A DNA stretch of 64,000 nucleotides from Lepidodermella squamata (taxonomy: Eukaryota > Animalia > Gastrotricha): positions 806,001 to 870,000 of the forward strand of contig JBLDXI010000026.1 of the NCBI GenBank assembly GCA_047495785.1, read 5' to 3'. The notes beneath the pieces were generated by a model. It searched no databases. It had not been told where the DNA came from and saw nothing but the letters and a program-made list of their open reading frames with translations. The translations under genes and the position numbers were made by a program. Shown piece after piece: positions 61,338-64,000 of this stretch; position 1 is the first letter of the stretch, and each line of letters opens with the position of its first letter.

Positions 61338-61551
61338 ACTTCTATGGCATTGACCTTGACCCTTGACCATCCCTTCTGTTATAAGGCGTGGCAACTTTCC
61401 CCATCCTAACTGGTAATAAATACTGTAATAACTGGAAATTCGATAACGATACAGGAAAAATCGTTGAATAATATCGTATTTTTTCAATAAAAATCTTTGG
61501 ATCTTATTTTCTACCTGAAACCATAGGAAAAGTGTCTGACATAATGAAGCA

Positions 61552-63145
61552 TTATTTTATGCAATGAACCGTTTCATGCGCTCTTTCGATTTCATAGTCG
61601 ATATAAGCTATGCTGTAGCCGTCCTCGTCTTCCTGCCTGTAGTGCTGTCCCGTCGGCCGCATCGATGTCACCATTGATGATTCATAAGGCGTTGTGCGTT
61701 TGCCGAAGACATCAGCCAGTTTAGCGATGAGGAGCCGCCGAAAACTGTGATTTGCGATGAAGTGAATTAAAAAATAGGCGCTGCATTCCAAGAAACCAAG
61801 CACCACAGCGATGTAGAGACATTCTCGGAAAATACGTTCATCGAATATGTCAAATTGCTCCCACATCAAAACCTCAGTAATCGGGCGGACAAGAATCACC
61901 TGCAAACAAACATTAATCAATTCGCTGATAATGCAAATACTTAACGCAACGATAAGTGATAAGCTTTCTTATAGACTGCCCACTAAGCTCATTGAATTTC
62001 CATCCCCATATTGGCATGCACGAATTTGATCGTGGATGAAGGTGATACAACCGCTAATCCCTATATTTTTATCATTTACGAATACGGAGGACGGAGACTT
62101 GCCAGTACTATACTAAGTACTAAGTAGTAGTCCCAACTGAGCGATTATCCTAAGAGTATGGAGCCACGGCACTATGATGGTGACAGTCCCAGGCTGTAGT
62201 TAATCGCCAAGCTCTTTGAACCCGCTTGAGTTGTAACCACCTTACAACATTTTTCAGCATGGTTCGAAAAGAAAAGGAAGATGTTAAAGTTTTAGTAAAA
62301 AATAGCAAATACCGGAAATTCTCCCAAAACAGTAAAAATTGTTCCCACGATAATAGTGACTGTGAGAGAATTCTGTTGGTGTTGATGCTTCAAGTTTCGG
62401 GTTTGGTCTTTGATACCAAGTTTCACGCATTTCGACGATCGATAAGCCGTAGCAATCAGCAGAGAATTAAGCATGACCATGGAAGTAAGGCAGCCTGAAA
62501 AAAACCATAAAAGCTTAACTCTCAATAGTCGAACAACAGTTCAACACAACCTATGTTGTAGAAGAAGAATCGAATGATCGAGTACCTGTGAAGATAATAG
62601 TCAAATGTACTGAAAAACAGGTATCCGCTGCATCTCAAGGGCGGCTCCGACCCGAACTCGATCATTCGAGGATAATTCAATAGCGTGACCATCAAAATAT
62701 AAGAAATTGTAGTCGCTTGTTGTCGTTGTTGCATCAAATTTCCTAGCAACGAAGATTTGTTGTGTCGAATGAAGAAATATCGATGGATTGCATATGCTAG
62801 GGTGAACACGAGGGATTGAGTGCAAGTCCAACTTAGAAGCGGCCAAACGAAGTAGGACCACACCGGGCAAGCCCAAGATTCGCCTTGATAATGGAGCAGA
62901 AACATCAACCAAAGCCATTGCCTGAGTAACGCGAGCATTTGAACAGCGGCCAGAAAGGTGAGATTAACACAGCTAGGCGACATGAAGTGGTTGGATTCTC
63001 GCAGAATTAGAAAATTGAAGATGTTTCCGCTGAACCCAATCAAGTCGAGGCATGGCAGAATGTAGCCGAGGCCTATTATGACTAAGGGCGAGTTATCACC
63101 GGAAAGTTTCCAGCAGTTCTCAGGATTGGGGACAGTGGAGTTCAT
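61552..63145 (-). CDS. Class A GPCR copy G (exons 63145-62551, 62494-62313, 61899-61552)
   Basis: Same family and intron positions. Motifs have drifted (HRY for DRY, YFLIH for NFFIY) but the frame is open. Confidence 0.82.
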
Positions 63146-63752
63146 GAATAACGCCCTAGTGAAAATATCGGGTAAAATTTTTCAAAGCCACCCTAGTGAA
63201 AATTTCGATTGCAGAATATTGCAAAATTTAGTGTTTTTAAGGCCATTTTCCGGCTTTCAGATTACCGCATAATAGATAATAGAGCACTTTTTGAGACCCC
63301 CAAACGAGACTAATCTGAATTTTGGCTTGGATACGACGGTGTGCAGAATTCAGAATACGCAATTTTACAATATGACAGCTGTGTTATAGCTATACTAGGA
63401 TAGCCAATTTACCGGTTTTCCTGTATTTTTATGTCAAATATCGAACCGTATAGGTACTGTATAGGTAACGTATGGTGGGTGGCAGGCCATTTTCCAGACA
63501 CCTTAGGCCTTTTGGGCAGCAGGGGGACCCTCACGTGCCATCAAGTGCCGCAACTCGAAAAATGCAAAAATCTTCAAAATTGTATGGGCATTTTTACTTT
63601 GGGTGTGGGTCATAAGGTGAAATTATTCAAAACCAGTAAATTCGTTTGCATATGCACCACTGCCCTAAACCAAAACCTATAAGTCCACGCCAATGAGCAT
63701 GGTTAAATTTGCCAAAATGCATTTTACTCGTTAGCAAATGTAAAATAACGCA

Positions 63753-64000
63753 TTCTTGGGTTTCACTGAACCCTGCTTAAAGTGGCTTTGAAAAATTTTA
63801 CCCCATATTTTCACTAGGGGCACTTTAAGCAAGGTTCAGTGAAACCCTGCTTAAAGTGGCTTTGAAAAATTTTACCCCATATTTTCACTAGGGGCACTTT
63901 AAGCAAGGTTCAGTGAAACCCTGCTTAAAGTGGCTTTGAAAAATTTTACCCCATATTTTCACTAGGGGCACTTTAAGCAAGGTTCAGTGAAACCCAAGAA
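63753..64000. repeat. 74-bp tandem repeat (3 units) bounded by terminal inverted repeats; MITE-like
   Basis: CCCTGCTTAAAGTGG recurs at 63771, 63845 and 63919. TTCTTGGGTTTCACTGAACC at 63753 is the reverse complement of the last 20 nt of the window. Confidence 0.9.

Noticed and set aside
63753-64000. Possible CRISPR-like array
   Set aside because: The units are identical 74-mers with no unique spacers, and the context is eukaryotic.

Overview
AT-rich genomic DNA from a compact, intron-containing animal genome (most introns about 45-60 nt; probably an invertebrate bilaterian). The ORF track fragments most genes, so I rebuilt the exon structures by hand from GT-AG sites and frame continuity. Signalling genes: two small secreted prohormone-like genes (one giving an amidated 21-mer); an 8-exon D2-like dopamine receptor with an intronic tRNA-Phe, next to a 2-exon paralog lacking the amine-binding Asp and the toggle Trp; three GABA-B-like class C GPCRs; and seven FMRFamide-receptor/srw-like class A GPCRs (one a pseudogene). 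Other genes: a non-coding host gene with three intronic box C/D snoRNAs complementary to 28S rRNA; a stand-alone Schlafen/AlbA_2 protein with degenerate catalytic residues; a DUF998/Frag1-like membrane protein; a secreted single-PAN protein; and two tandem LDLa-repeat serine proteases in which every LDLa module is split over three tiny exons. Repeats: MITE-like elements, (TTTCC)n microsatellites and a pair of tRNA-derived Pol III-like elements. No prokaryotic features or CRISPR arrays. Family assignments come from recalled motifs, not database searches.
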